Of a stretch of DNA of 64,000 bases, positions 45,324-56,067 are shown one piece after another. A program made the position numbers and the translations under genes. The notes below the pieces were generated by a model. The model did not search any database. It saw only the letters and a list, made by a program, of their open reading frames with translations, and was not told the origin of the DNA. The first letter of the stretch is position 1. Each line of letters starts with the position of its first letter. This DNA comes from Alphaproteobacteria bacterium (lineage in GTDB: Bacteria > Pseudomonadota > Alphaproteobacteria > JAAXGF01): the NCBI GenBank assembly GCA_963555825.3, contig CAUVXB020000001.1, forward strand, positions 832,001 through 896,000, given 5' to 3'.

Positions 45324-46802
45324 ATGTCGGAATTCGATCTGGTCATCAAGGGCGGCACCGTGGCGACGGCCGCCGACACCATCCGCTGCGACATCGGCGT
45401 GCGCGACGGCCGGGTCGTCGAGCTGGCCGCCGAGATATCCGGCGGCGCCGAGACGATCGACGCGACCGGCAAGCTGGTGCTGCCCGGCGGCGTCGACAGC
45501 CATTGCCACATCGCCCAGTCGGGCTCGCTCGGCGTCGAGACCGCCGACGACTTCCGCTCGGGCTCGATCTCGGCGGCCTGCGGCGGGACGACGACGATCA
45601 TCCCGTTCGCCGCCCAGTACAAGGGTCAGTCGCTGCGCGAGGTCGTCGCGGCCTATCACAAACGCGCCGAGGGCGACGCGGTGATCGACTACGCCTTCCA
45701 CCTGATCATCTCGGACCCGACCGACCAGGTCATCGGCCAGGAACTGCCGGCCTTGATCAAGGACGGCTACACCTCGTTCAAGGTCTACATGACCTATGAT
45801 TCGCTCAAGCTCGACGACCGCCAGATGCTCGAGGTGTTGGCCACCGCGCGGCGCGAGGGCGCCATGGTGATGATCCACGCCGAGAACCACGACGTCATCG
45901 CCTGGCTGACCGAGCGCCTGCTGGCAACCGGCCATGGGGCGCCCAAGTACCACGCCGTCGCGCATGCAGCACCTGCCGAGCGCGAGGCGACCCACCGCGC
46001 CGTGACGCTGGCCGAGATCGTCGACGTGCCGGTGCTCATCGTGCATGTCTCGGCGCGTGCCGCGATCGACCAGATCCGCGAGGCCCAAACGCGCGGCCTC
46101 AAGGTCTATGGCGAGACCTGCCCGCAGTACCTGTTCCTGACCGCCGACGATTTGGACCAGCCGGGCTTCGAGGGCGCCAAATACGTCTGCAGCCCGCCGC
46201 CGCGCGATGAGGCCAACCAGGAGTTCGTCTGGAACGGAATTACGAGCGGCGTCCTGAGCGTCTTTTCGTCGGACCACGCCGCCTACCGCTACGACTCGGT
46301 CGATGGCAAGAAGGTCAAGGGCGAGGACGGCCACTTCAAGACCATCCCCAACGGCGTGCCGGGCATCGAGCTGCGCATGCCCCTGCTGTTCTCGGAAGGC
46401 GTCGGCAAGGGGCGCATCACGCTGGAGGAGTTCGTCGCCATCACCGCGACCAACCCGGCGCGCATATACGGCCTCTATCCGCGCAAGGGCACGATTGCGG
46501 TCGGCGCCGACGCCGACATCGTCATCTGGGACGCCGAGCGCGAGGTCACCATTACGCACGGCCTGCTGCACGACGCGATGGACTACACGCCCTACGAGGG
46601 CCGGCGCATCAAGGGCTGGCCGGTGCTGACGCTGTCGCGCGGCGAGGTCGTGTGGGACGGCAAGGCGCCGCGCGGCACGCCCGGCCGCGGCGCCTTCCTG
46701 CCCTGCGATCTGCCCGAGCCGGCCAAGCCCTTGGGCCGCTTCGTCGCCGGCTTCGACGCGGTCGGCGGCCGGTTCGTCGAGAACGGGGACGAGGCGCCAT
46801 GA
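45324..46802 (+). CDS. hydA: Dihydropyrimidinase / D-hydantoinase
   Basis: PGGVDSHCH, GGTTT, SFKVYMTY, HAEN, GETCPQY, SDHA, PNGVPGIE. Confidence 0.9.
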   Translation: MSEFDLVIKGGTVATAADTIRCDIGVRDGRVVELAAEISGGAETIDATGKLVLPGGVDSHCHIAQSGSLGVETADDFRSGSISAACGGTTTIIPFAAQYKGQSLREVVAAYHKRAEGDAVIDYAFHLIISDPTDQVIGQELPALIKDGYTSFKVYMTYDSLKLDDRQMLEVLATARREGAMVMIHAENHDVIAWLTERLLATGHGAPKYHAVAHAAPAEREATHRAVTLAEIVDVPVLIVHVSARAAIDQIREAQTRGLKVYGETCPQYLFLTADDLDQPGFEGAKYVCSPPPRDEANQEFVWNGITSGVLSVFSSDHAAYRYDSVDGKKVKGEDGHFKTIPNGVPGIELRMPLLFSEGVGKGRITLEEFVAITATNPARIYGLYPRKGTIAVGADADIVIWDAEREVTITHGLLHDAMDYTPYEGRRIKGWPVLTLSRGEVVWDGKAPRGTPGRGAFLPCDLPEPAKPLGRFVAGFDAVGGRFVENGDEAP

Positions 46803-48226
46803 CGACGACCTGCATCCGATCCGCCGCCTGGGCCGCCTGCTGGGACGGCGCGCGCCACGTCTACAAGCGCGACGTCGACGTCGCCTTCACCGACGATGCG
46901 ATCGTCCATGTCGGGCCGGGTTTCGCCGGCGACGTCGAGATCGAGGTCGACGGCCGCGCGCGGTTCGTCATGCCCGGGCTGATCGACATCCATTCGCACC
47001 CGATGACCGAGCCGGCCCAGAAGGGCGTGCGCGAGGAGCACGGCGTCGCGGCGATGTACGGCTCGAGCCTCTATGAGCGCTCGGTCGCGTTTCATCTCGA
47101 CGAGGAGGGTCGCCGCGCGGGCATCGAGGTCGCCTATGCCGAGCTGTTGGCCTCGGGCGTCACGACGCTCGCCGACCTGTCGTCGCCGTTCGACGGCTGG
47201 CTCGACTTCCACGCGCGTAGCGGCATGCGCGTCTACGCGGCGCCCAACTACGCGACCGCGCTGTGGCGCCTGGAGAACGACCAGGAGATTCTGTTCGACT
47301 GGAACGAGCAGCGCGGCCGCCAGCAGTTCGAGGCGGCGCTCGCGCTGATCGCCGAAGCCGAAAACCACCCCTGCGGCCGCCTGCGCGGCATCGTCTATCC
47401 GGCGCAGATCGAGACCTGCTCGGAAGGCCTGCTGCGCGATTCGATCGCCGCGGCGCGCGACGCCGGCCGGCCCTTCACCACCCACATCGCCCAGTCGGTG
47501 CCCGAGTTCCTGCTGATCACGCGCAAGCACGGCATGACGCCGATCGAATACGCCGCGGAACTCGGCCTGCTCGGCCCCGGGACGATCCTCGGCCACGCCA
47601 TCTTCATCGACGAACACTCGTGGCTCCACTGGTCGACGCGCCGCGACTTAGGCCTGATCGCCGACTCGGGCTCGGCGGTGGCGCATTGTCCGACACCCTT
47701 CTCGCGCTACGGCCAGACCCTGGAGGACCTCGGGCGCTACATCCGCGCGGGCGTCACCATGGGCATCGGCACCGACTGCTCGCCGCACAACATGCTGGAG
47801 GAGATGCGCTCGGCCGCGATCCTCGCGCGCGTCACGGCGGGCGACCTCGAGACGGTCTCGACGGCCGACGTCTTCCACGCCGCAACGGTCGGCGGCGCGA
47901 CGGCCTTGGGCCGCGACGACCTCGGCCGCCTGGCGCCGGGCGCCAAGGCCGATATCGTCGTGGTCGATCTCGCCGACGTCACCATGCAGCCCGCGCGCGA
48001 CCCGCTGCGCAGCCTGATCTACACGGCGGCCGAACGCGCCGTCCGCGACGTCTACATCGACGGCCGCCAGGTGGTCGCCGATGGCACGGTCCTCACCCTC
48101 GACCGCGCCGACGCCGCGGGCCGCCTCGCCGAAGCCCAAGCCCGCATGCTCTCGGCAACGCCCCAGCACGACTGGAAAGGGCGCGGGGCCGAGGAAGTCT
48201 CGCCGTTGAGCTTACCGGTGGGGTGA
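46799..48226 (+). CDS. Amidohydrolase (chlorohydrolase/deaminase-like)
   Basis: MPGLIDIHSH, TTHIAQ, GHAIF, GTD, GAKADIVVVD; overlaps the hydA stop. Confidence 0.87.
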   Translation: MTTTCIRSAAWAACWDGARHVYKRDVDVAFTDDAIVHVGPGFAGDVEIEVDGRARFVMPGLIDIHSHPMTEPAQKGVREEHGVAAMYGSSLYERSVAFHLDEEGRRAGIEVAYAELLASGVTTLADLSSPFDGWLDFHARSGMRVYAAPNYATALWRLENDQEILFDWNEQRGRQQFEAALALIAEAENHPCGRLRGIVYPAQIETCSEGLLRDSIAAARDAGRPFTTHIAQSVPEFLLITRKHGMTPIEYAAELGLLGPGTILGHAIFIDEHSWLHWSTRRDLGLIADSGSAVAHCPTPFSRYGQTLEDLGRYIRAGVTMGIGTDCSPHNMLEEMRSAAILARVTAGDLETVSTADVFHAATVGGATALGRDDLGRLAPGAKADIVVVDLADVTMQPARDPLRSLIYTAAERAVRDVYIDGRQVVADGTVLTLDRADAAGRLAEAQARMLSATPQHDWKGRGAEEVSPLSLPVG

Positions 48227-48300
48227 GCCCTTAGGGATCAACAACCGCAGCCAGGGCCAAAGATCGGTTGTTTGCCGCTGCGCGATGGACGCAGCTTGGT

Positions 48301-51091
48301 TTACTTCGGTGTTCCGCCCTCGCCAACCACGACGAACGGTGCCCAGAACATGGGGTGGGCGAAATGATCTTTCCCCTCGGTCGCCATCATCGCCAGCATG
48401 GAACGGCGCAGCGCCTCTGCGCGACCGACGCCCGGCGCCTTCGCCATCTCGTCGAGCATCCCGGTGGTGATGGCGACAGCCGCCTCGGAGTTCACGGACC
48501 AGTGCGAGACCAACAGTGCCCGTGCCCCGGCGTAGAAGAACGCCTTGGCGAGGCCCGACAACCCCTCGGCCCCCGGCGTGCCGTCGGCGGCGGCGGTGTT
48601 GCAGGCCGACAGGATCACCCAGTCGGCGTCGAGGTCGAGGGTGGCGATCTCGCTCGCCGTCAGCAGGCCGTCATCGGCCTCCGAACCCTCGTCGGGCGGC
48701 GTCAGCACCAGGGCTGGCTCGGCAACGCCCTTGAGATCACCGGCGACGAGGCCGTGGGTGGCGAAGGCGAGAATACGGTAGCTGGAGAGGTCCATGGAGC
48801 GCGCCTGCGTCTCGGTGGCGCGCTCCTGCAAGTAGACTGCCGTGTCATCGGCGCCCTGGGCCAACGCCAGCGACTTGATCTCGCCCGCCGTGTCGGGCAG
48901 CCGGGCCAGGTCCCGCACCGCACCGACATCGGCCACGACGCCGCGTGTAAACAGCGCAGCGACATCGATGCCCCGGCCCTTTCCAGGATCGCCCTTGAGC
49001 TTGGGGTCGCCGAAGCCGATGAATGGACGCGACGCCAGCGTGGCCTTGGCGAAGCGGCGCAGGGCGCGCAGCGACGAGACCGAAGGCAACACGGTCATGG
49101 CGTATTTCTTCGCCAGCCATTCGACATCGCGATAGGCCGAGAACTTCCGCACCCGGCCCTTGGGCTGCTCGGTAATCAGTACGCCAAGTGGCAGGCTCTG
49201 GAGCGCCCCATCGGGCACCACGAAGACGTGGCGCGCGCCTTCGAGCATCGGCGCGGCTGGAGCGAAGATTTGCTGGTAGAGCGCCACCGCCTCATCGACA
49301 TCGAAGGGCCGGACGTCGCCCAGGCTGCCGACGCCGAACTGATCGAGGCCAGCGCGCACGGACGTGACCGCATCCTCGATCTCCTGTCTGCCGACGTCGA
49401 GGTGGTGGAACGCCGCGTCGTCATGGCGGATCACCCAGAGGTAGGTTCTGTCGTCCCACACGACGTAGGTCATCAGGGCCTCGACGGGGCCGAGAAGGTC
49501 CTGGGTCTCGGAGAGGGAGAGCGGCCTTGGGCTGGCGAGTTCGGCGAACTCGGGAAAGTCCTGGGCGAGCCGCTCGCCGAGCCCACCGATACTCACGTCG
49601 AGCGCCGCAAGATCGTCGCGAAGCTTCGCCTCCGCCTCGCCGTCTCGCTTCTCGGGCGGCTCGCTGACCGCTTGCACCAGCCGGGCGTCGAGGCGTTGCC
49701 ACTGCTCGACGGCGTCCTGGTAGGCCCGCACGGTCCCCGCAAGCGCGTCATCGCCGGTCGCGAAGCGCGCGCCCATACGGGCGACCGCGCCAGCCGCGCT
49801 GGAGGCCTGGGCGAGTTGCCCAACATCGAAGGCTTCCGCAAACAATTCGGTGCGCCGCTCGGGTTCCTTTTCGATGATGGTCTCGACGATGTTGACGTGG
49901 TTCAAAAAGATGACGCGTATGCTTGTCTGCTCCTTGTGCGCCCCAGACGAGCCTGTCGCGCCCGCCCGTCCGGCACGAACCCGGTAGATGGTCGTCGCTC
50001 GGCGAAATTGATCCATAGCCGCCTCGTAGCGGCCTTGGGCGCGGTACAGCTCGGCAAGATTGTTGATGCTCAGGGCGACATCGGGATGATCCGGCCCGAG
50101 CGCCTTCTCCCGGATCGCCAGCGCCCGCTCGTAGAGCGGTTCAGCCTCATCGTATCGGCCCTGATCGTCGTACAGCGCGGCGAGGTTATTGAGGCCGTCG
50201 GCCACATCGGGATGATCCGGCCCGAGAGCCTTTTCCCAGATGGTCAGCGCCCGCTTGTTGAGCGGTTCCGCCGCCTCGTAGCGGCCCTGCACGCGGTACA
50301 GCGCGGCAAGGTTGTGGAGGCTCAGGGCGACATTGGGATGTTCCGGCCGGAGAGCCTTCTCCTGGATGGTCAGCGCCCGATTGTTGAGCGGCTCCATCTC
50401 CTCGTATCGGCCCTGGTCGTAGTACAGCACGGCGAGGTTATTGAGGCCGTTGGCCACATCGGGATGGTCCGGTCCGAGAGCCTTCTCCTTGATTGCAAGT
50501 GCCCGCTTGTAGAGCAGCTCCGCCGCCTCGTAGCGGCCCTGGGCGCGGTACAGCGCGGCGAGGTTGTTGAGGCTCAGGGCGACATCGGGATGGTCCGGCC
50601 CGAGAGCCTTCTCCTTGATTGCAAGTGCCCGCTTGTGGAGCGGCTCCGCCGCCTCGTAGCGGCCTTGGGCGCGGTATAGCTCGGCGAAGTTGCTGAGGCT
50701 CAGGGCAATATCGGGATGTTCCGGCCCGAAAACCTTCTCATCGATGGCCAATGCCCGCTTGTAGAGCGGTTCAGCCGCCTCGTATCGGCCCCGCTGGTGG
50801 TACAGCCCGGCGAGGTTGTTGAGGCTCGTGGCGACATCGGGATGGTCTGGCCCTAGAGCCTTCTCCCAGATGGCCAGCGCCCGCCTGTGGAGTGGCTCCG
50901 CCGCCTCGTAGCGGCCCTGATTGTGGTAAAGCTCGGCGAGGTTGTTGAGGCTTAGGGCGACATCGGGATGGTCCGGCCCGAATACCTTCTCCCGGATCGC
51001 CAGCGCCCGCCTGTAGAGCGGCTCCACCGCCTCGTAGCGGCCCTGGTCGTTGTACAGCGCAGCGAGGTTGTTGAGGCTCGTGGCGACATCG
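48301..51091 (-). pseudogene. TPR-repeat + CHAT (caspase-HetF) protease, 5'-truncated by the IS cluster
   Basis: 42-aa TPRs (HPDVAxSLNNLA), VPDGALQSLP, FATHG and LSACNT dyad, HPMFWAPFVVVG. The TPR frame runs directly into the IS256 end with no natural start. Confidence 0.88.
50020..51091 (-). repeat. 126-bp tandem coding repeats (about 8-9 TPR units)
   Basis: Recurring ACATCGGGAT/GAGAGCCTTCTC blocks at 126-bp spacing. Confidence 0.9.
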
Positions 51092-51112
51092 GGAGAGCTA
51101 TAACCGAATCTT

Positions 51113-52913
51113 GACGGGGCGGTAAAAAGTTGTTGGCCGATGGCGTGCTTGTACAGGTCTTTGCGGTTCGGTGAAGAATATTTGCCTGTCTCCGCGTTGC
51201 TGGTGGATAAAACCTGATATTACCTACCCTTGGCTTCTCCTTGGCTTCGTTTTTTATGGTGCGATTGCCGCGCAGCGTCGGATATTGAGGCCGAGGGCAC
51301 GCAGATTGACCACGTAGCGCATGGCCGGCATGCCGCGAATGCGTAGGTGAGCCAGGTTCATCTGGTACTTTAATCGCGACATGGTCGCTTCTATGCCGGC
51401 CCGCCATCTGTAGACGTTGCGGAAGGCATCGCTTTGTTCATAAAGCCGGCGCTTTTGGTTGGCAGCCCTGGCCGGGGTATATTGAAAGCGGGAAAATTGG
51501 CCGTCACGCTTGGCCGCCTGCACGGGACATCGCAGTATATCGGGACATTTTTGGCAGATGGAGAGGTCGAAACGGGCCTGCAGCTTGGCTTTGGCGAGCG
51601 AGGCTGAAACCGGTTCGACGTTATTGGGACAGCGCAAGACCAAGCCTTCTTCGTTGAGAGTGAAATCCTCCAACGTCAACCGTCCCGAGACGGCGCCTTT
51701 CGGCGGTCGTGCGGGCGCCACGAGATTGATGTTCTGTTCGCGCGTCAGAGCCATGTTGTCACTGGAACCGTAATGTGAATCACCCAGCATCACCGCCGGC
51801 GTCAGCGCGCGCTCGCTCAGATCATCCAGCGCATCGGCTAAGCGATGGCCGTCATGCACCGTCATCTTGTGGACCTCCACGTGGGTGATGAGGTCCGGTG
51901 TCGCGGCAACCGCCTCGTTACTGACATCTTCACAATAGGTTTCGACGATCTGCGCCATGTATCCTTGACCCTTGTGCGCGTTGTAGCTCGCGTCCGGGTC
52001 GGCCGGATTGCCGACGGTATCGCACGGCACATCCTTTGGATCTCGAATCGCGGCGCGCGTTGCGTCACGATCGCCATACTCATCATCAACGATCTCGAAC
52101 TGATCGCGCAGAACCCTCTCCAGGATCGCAAAACTGGAAAGCTTTGCCGCCGCCGTGTCACGGAATTGCAGCACCAGGGCTAGGAGATACTGACCCGCTT
52201 CGCCGAGGCGCCGTTTTGAAACACTCGGCGCCGTATTCGCGAACGCGCCATTACCCTCGCGATCGACATAGCGGCGGATCACCTCCTTGCTGATCTGCTC
52301 GTGCAGACCGGGATGATATCGCTCAAGCTCACGGGCAAACTTCGAGATGCTCTCAACAACGATACCAAGTCGTGTCAGCGCCCGCATTGCCGAACGAAGG
52401 GCCGTCGAATCCATGCGTTGGTGGCTGGTATCGACAGAGAACCCCTGCACCAGCCGATCCGTCAAACACCGGAACAGCAATTCATCGAGACCTTGTTCGA
52501 TAAACAGACGGCGATAGTTGCGCAGGGTTTTCTCACAGAAATAGCTGTCCGCTTCGCTGCGCACGTCCAAGGCATAGTGCCACGCCATATTGAAGGCCAG
52601 GGCCTCGACGGTCTCTGCATCGCTCAGATCGTGCAGCTGCTGCAAAAGCAAGACCCCGATGACAACGTGTAGATCCTTCGATGGTCGGCCCATGCGTTCA
52701 TCAAGGTGACGGCAAAGATCGTCAACCGGAAGTTCGACAAGCAGATGGTTCCGAAAAACCCCGGCCCAGGATTGCTCCATCAGGCGCCGACGTTTGTCCC
52801 CGAAATCGGACCAGCGATCAAACAATTCCCCAGTCCGTCGGTCGCGTAAAGTAAACATGCACAATTATAATCCAGCCGACTCTCATGAGGAATCGACTTT
52901 TTACCGCCCCGTC
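51113..52913 (-). mobile_element. 1801-bp IS, copy 2
   Basis: Same IRs as copy 1; GAATCTT duplicated (51106-51112, 52914-52920). Confidence 0.94.
51254..52858 (-). CDS. DDE transposase of the 1801-bp IS
   Basis: Same translation as 32611-34215. Confidence 0.88.
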   Translation of the reverse strand: MFTLRDRRTGELFDRWSDFGDKRRRLMEQSWAGVFRNHLLVELPVDDLCRHLDERMGRPSKDLHVVIGVLLLQQLHDLSDAETVEALAFNMAWHYALDVRSEADSYFCEKTLRNYRRLFIEQGLDELLFRCLTDRLVQGFSVDTSHQRMDSTALRSAMRALTRLGIVVESISKFARELERYHPGLHEQISKEVIRRYVDREGNGAFANTAPSVSKRRLGEAGQYLLALVLQFRDTAAAKLSSFAILERVLRDQFEIVDDEYGDRDATRAAIRDPKDVPCDTVGNPADPDASYNAHKGQGYMAQIVETYCEDVSNEAVAATPDLITHVEVHKMTVHDGHRLADALDDLSERALTPAVMLGDSHYGSSDNMALTREQNINLVAPARPPKGAVSGRLTLEDFTLNEEGLVLRCPNNVEPVSASLAKAKLQARFDLSICQKCPDILRCPVQAAKRDGQFSRFQYTPARAANQKRRLYEQSDAFRNVYRWRAGIEATMSRLKYQMNLAHLRIRGMPAMRYVVNLRALGLNIRRCAAIAP

Positions 52914-53001
52914 GAATCTTGTGTACGGCGTTGAAATGAAGGCGGCGTATCCTGGTGATTGTTGATGTCACCACTTGAGCTAAGCCAAGGAAGGATACGC
53001 C

Positions 53002-54246
53002 ATGAAAGAGAATACCGTTGTTGCTTTTCAAAACCCATCTGATTTTCAGAAAGATCCGTTGACGGAAGTCCTACAAGCTGGAGCTCGCGAGTTGTTGGCC
53101 CAAGCCGTTGAGGCCGAGGTCTCCGTGTTTTTGGGTAGCCATGCGGCGCTTGTTGACGCCGCCGGCCGCCGCCGGGTTGTCCGCAATGGATATCTGCCGG
53201 AACGCTTCATCCAGACCGGGATCGGCCCGGTGAGCGTGCGCCAACCCCGTGTGCGGGACCGGGGGGACGGCGCCATCCGCTTCACGTCGGCGATCCTGCC
53301 GCGCTATCTGCGCCGCGCCAAGAGCCTGGAAGACCTTTTGCCATGGCTGTATCTGAAGGGCATTTCCACCGGCGACTTCGGGGAAGCCTTGGCGGCGCTC
53401 CTGGGGAGCTCCGCGCCGGGGCTTTCGGCCTCCACGATCACCCGGCTGAAAGAGGTCTGGGGGGTTGAGGCGGAGCGCTGGCAACGGCGCGACCTCACGG
53501 CCAAGCGCTACGTCTATTTCTGGGTGGACGGCATCTATTTCAGCGCCCGCATGGAGGAAGAGAAGCAGTGCATCCTGGTGATCGTCGGGGCCACGGACAA
53601 GGGACAGAAGGAACTGATCGCCATCGCCGACGGCTATCGCGAAAGTGAGCAGTCCTGGCTCGAAGTTCTGCTCGATCTCAAGCGGCGCGGCCTTGAAATG
53701 GGTCCGCAACTGGCGCTCGGCGACGGCGCGCTCGGCTTCTGGAAGGCGCTCCGCCAAGTCTACCCAGGCGCCCGCGAGCAACGCTGCTGGGTTCACAAGA
53801 CGGGCAACGTCTTGAACAAGCTGCCCAAGGGTCTGCAAAAGAAAGCCAAGGGGCGCCTGCAAGACATCTGGATGGCCGAAACCAGGAAGGATGCCGAGAG
53901 CGCCTTCGACTTCTTCCTGGAAGCCTACGGGCCGAAGTACGACAAGGCCGCGGCCTGCCTGGCCAAGGACCGCGACGTCCTGCTGACGTTCTACGACTTC
54001 CCCGCCGAGCACTGGAAGCATGTACGCACGACCAACCCCATCGAGAGCACGTTCGCCACGGTTCGTCTGCGCACCTACCGGACCAAGGGCTGCCTGTCGC
54101 GCAAGACGGCGATGGCCATGGTCTTCAAACTATGCCAGTGCGCTCAGAGAAAATGGAGAAAACTCGATGGATCGAACCATCTCGCCGAGATCATTCGCGG
54201 CGTCAAATTCGTAGATGGAGAACGCCAGGATCGCGCCGCCGCATGA
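53002..54246 (+). CDS. IS256 (Mutator) family transposase
   Basis: RNGY, YLKGISTGD, WVDGIY, GDGALGFW, QRCWVHK, RTTNPIES. Confidence 0.95.
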   Translation: MKENTVVAFQNPSDFQKDPLTEVLQAGARELLAQAVEAEVSVFLGSHAALVDAAGRRRVVRNGYLPERFIQTGIGPVSVRQPRVRDRGDGAIRFTSAILPRYLRRAKSLEDLLPWLYLKGISTGDFGEALAALLGSSAPGLSASTITRLKEVWGVEAERWQRRDLTAKRYVYFWVDGIYFSARMEEEKQCILVIVGATDKGQKELIAIADGYRESEQSWLEVLLDLKRRGLEMGPQLALGDGALGFWKALRQVYPGAREQRCWVHKTGNVLNKLPKGLQKKAKGRLQDIWMAETRKDAESAFDFFLEAYGPKYDKAAACLAKDRDVLLTFYDFPAEHWKHVRTTNPIESTFATVRLRTYRTKGCLSRKTAMAMVFKLCQCAQRKWRKLDGSNHLAEIIRGVKFVDGERQDRAAA

Positions 54247-54266
54247 TCAGCCCATACACAACTTTT

Positions 54267-56067
54267 GACGGGGCGGTAAAAAGTTGTTGGCCGATGGCGT
54301 GCTTGTACAGGTCTTTGCGGTTCGGTGAAGAATATTTGCCTGTCTCCGCGTTGCTGGTGGATAAAACCTGATATTACCTACCCTTGGCTTCTCCTTGGCT
54401 TCGTTTTTTATGGTGCGATTGCCGCGCAGCGTCGGATATTGAGGCCGAGGGCACGCAGATTGACCACGTAGCGCATGGCCGGCATGCCGCGAATGCGTAG
54501 GTGAGCCAGGTTCATCTGGTACTTTAATCGCGACATGGTCGCTTCTATGCCGGCCCGCCATCTGTAGACGTTGCGGAAGGCATCGCTTTGTTCATAAAGC
54601 CGGCGCTTTTGGTTGGCAGCCCTGGCCGGGGTATATTGAAAGCGGGAAAATTGGCCGTCACGCTTGGCCGCCTGCACGGGACATCGCAGTATATCGGGAC
54701 ATTTTTGGCAGATGGAGAGGTCGAAACGGGCCTGCAGCTTGGCTTTGGCGAGCGAGGCTGAAACCGGTTCGACGTTATTGGGACAGCGCAAGACCAAGCC
54801 TTCTTCGTTGAGAGTGAAATCCTCCAACGTCAACCGTCCCGAGACGGCGCCTTTCGGCGGTCGTGCGGGCGCCACGAGATTGATGTTCTGTTCGCGCGTC
54901 AGAGCCATGTTGTCACTGGAACCGTAATGTGAATCACCCAGCATCACCGCCGGCGTCAGCGCGCGCTCGCTCAGATCATCCAGCGCATCGGCTAAGCGAT
55001 GGCCGTCATGCACCGTCATCTTGTGGACCTCCACGTGGGTGATGAGGTCCGGTGTCGCGGCAACCGCCTCGTTACTGACATCTTCACAATAGGTTTCGAC
55101 GATCTGCGCCATGTATCCTTGACCCTTGTGCGCGTTGTAGCTCGCGTCCGGGTCGGCCGGATTGCCGACGGTATCGCACGGCACATCCTTTGGATCTCGA
55201 ATCGCGGCGCGCGTTGCGTCACGATCGCCATACTCATCATCAACGATCTCGAACTGATCGCGCAGAACCCTCTCCAGGATCGCAAAACTGGAAAGCTTTG
55301 CCGCCGCCGTGTCACGGAATTGCAGCACCAGGGCTAGGAGATACTGACCCGCTTCGCCGAGGCGCCGTTTTGAAACACTCGGCGCCGTATTCGCGAACGC
55401 GCCATTACCCTCGCGATCGACATAGCGGCGGATCACCTCCTTGCTGATCTGCTCGTGCAGACCGGGATGATATCGCTCAAGCTCACGGGCAAACTTCGAG
55501 ATGCTCTCAACAACGATACCAAGTCGTGTCAGCGCCCGCATTGCCGAACGAAGGGCCGTCGAATCCATGCGTTGGTGGCTGGTATCGACAGAGAACCCCT
55601 GCACCAGCCGATCCGTCAAACACCGGAACAGCAATTCATCGAGACCTTGTTCGATAAACAGACGGCGATAGTTGCGCAGGGTTTTCTCACAGAAATAGCT
55701 GTCCGCTTCGCTGCGCACGTCCAAGGCATAGTGCCACGCCATATTGAAGGCCAGGGCCTCGACGGTCTCTGCATCGCTCAGATCGTGCAGCTGCTGCAAA
55801 AGCAAGACCCCGATGACAACGTGTAGATCCTTCGATGGTCGGCCCATGCGTTCATCAAGGTGACGGCAAAGATCGTCAACCGGAAGTTCGACAAGCAGAT
55901 GGTTCCGAAAAACCCCGGCCCAGGATTGCTCCATCAGGCGCCGACGTTTGTCCCCGAAATCGGACCAGCGATCAAACAATTCCCCAGTCCGTCGGTCGCG
56001 TAAAGTAAACATGCACAATTATAATCCAGCCGACTCTCATGAGGAATCGACTTTTTACCGCCCCGTC
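54267..56067 (-). mobile_element. 1801-bp IS, copy 3
   Basis: Same IRs; AACTTTT duplicated (54260-54266, 56068-56074). Confidence 0.94.
54408..56012 (-). CDS. DDE transposase of the 1801-bp IS
   Basis: Same translation as the other two copies. Confidence 0.88.
   Translation of the reverse strand: MFTLRDRRTGELFDRWSDFGDKRRRLMEQSWAGVFRNHLLVELPVDDLCRHLDERMGRPSKDLHVVIGVLLLQQLHDLSDAETVEALAFNMAWHYALDVRSEADSYFCEKTLRNYRRLFIEQGLDELLFRCLTDRLVQGFSVDTSHQRMDSTALRSAMRALTRLGIVVESISKFARELERYHPGLHEQISKEVIRRYVDREGNGAFANTAPSVSKRRLGEAGQYLLALVLQFRDTAAAKLSSFAILERVLRDQFEIVDDEYGDRDATRAAIRDPKDVPCDTVGNPADPDASYNAHKGQGYMAQIVETYCEDVSNEAVAATPDLITHVEVHKMTVHDGHRLADALDDLSERALTPAVMLGDSHYGSSDNMALTREQNINLVAPARPPKGAVSGRLTLEDFTLNEEGLVLRCPNNVEPVSASLAKAKLQARFDLSICQKCPDILRCPVQAAKRDGQFSRFQYTPARAANQKRRLYEQSDAFRNVYRWRAGIEATMSRLKYQMNLAHLRIRGMPAMRYVVNLRALGLNIRRCAAIAP

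Noticed and set aside
50020-51091. CRISPR-like regularly spaced repeats
   Set aside because: 126-bp in-frame coding TPR units without unique spacers; no cas genes in the window.
51113-56067. Composite transposon formed by two directly oriented 1801-bp ISs around the IS256 transposase
   Set aside because: Each IS has its own distinct 7-bp TSD and the outer flanks do not match, so these were separate insertions.
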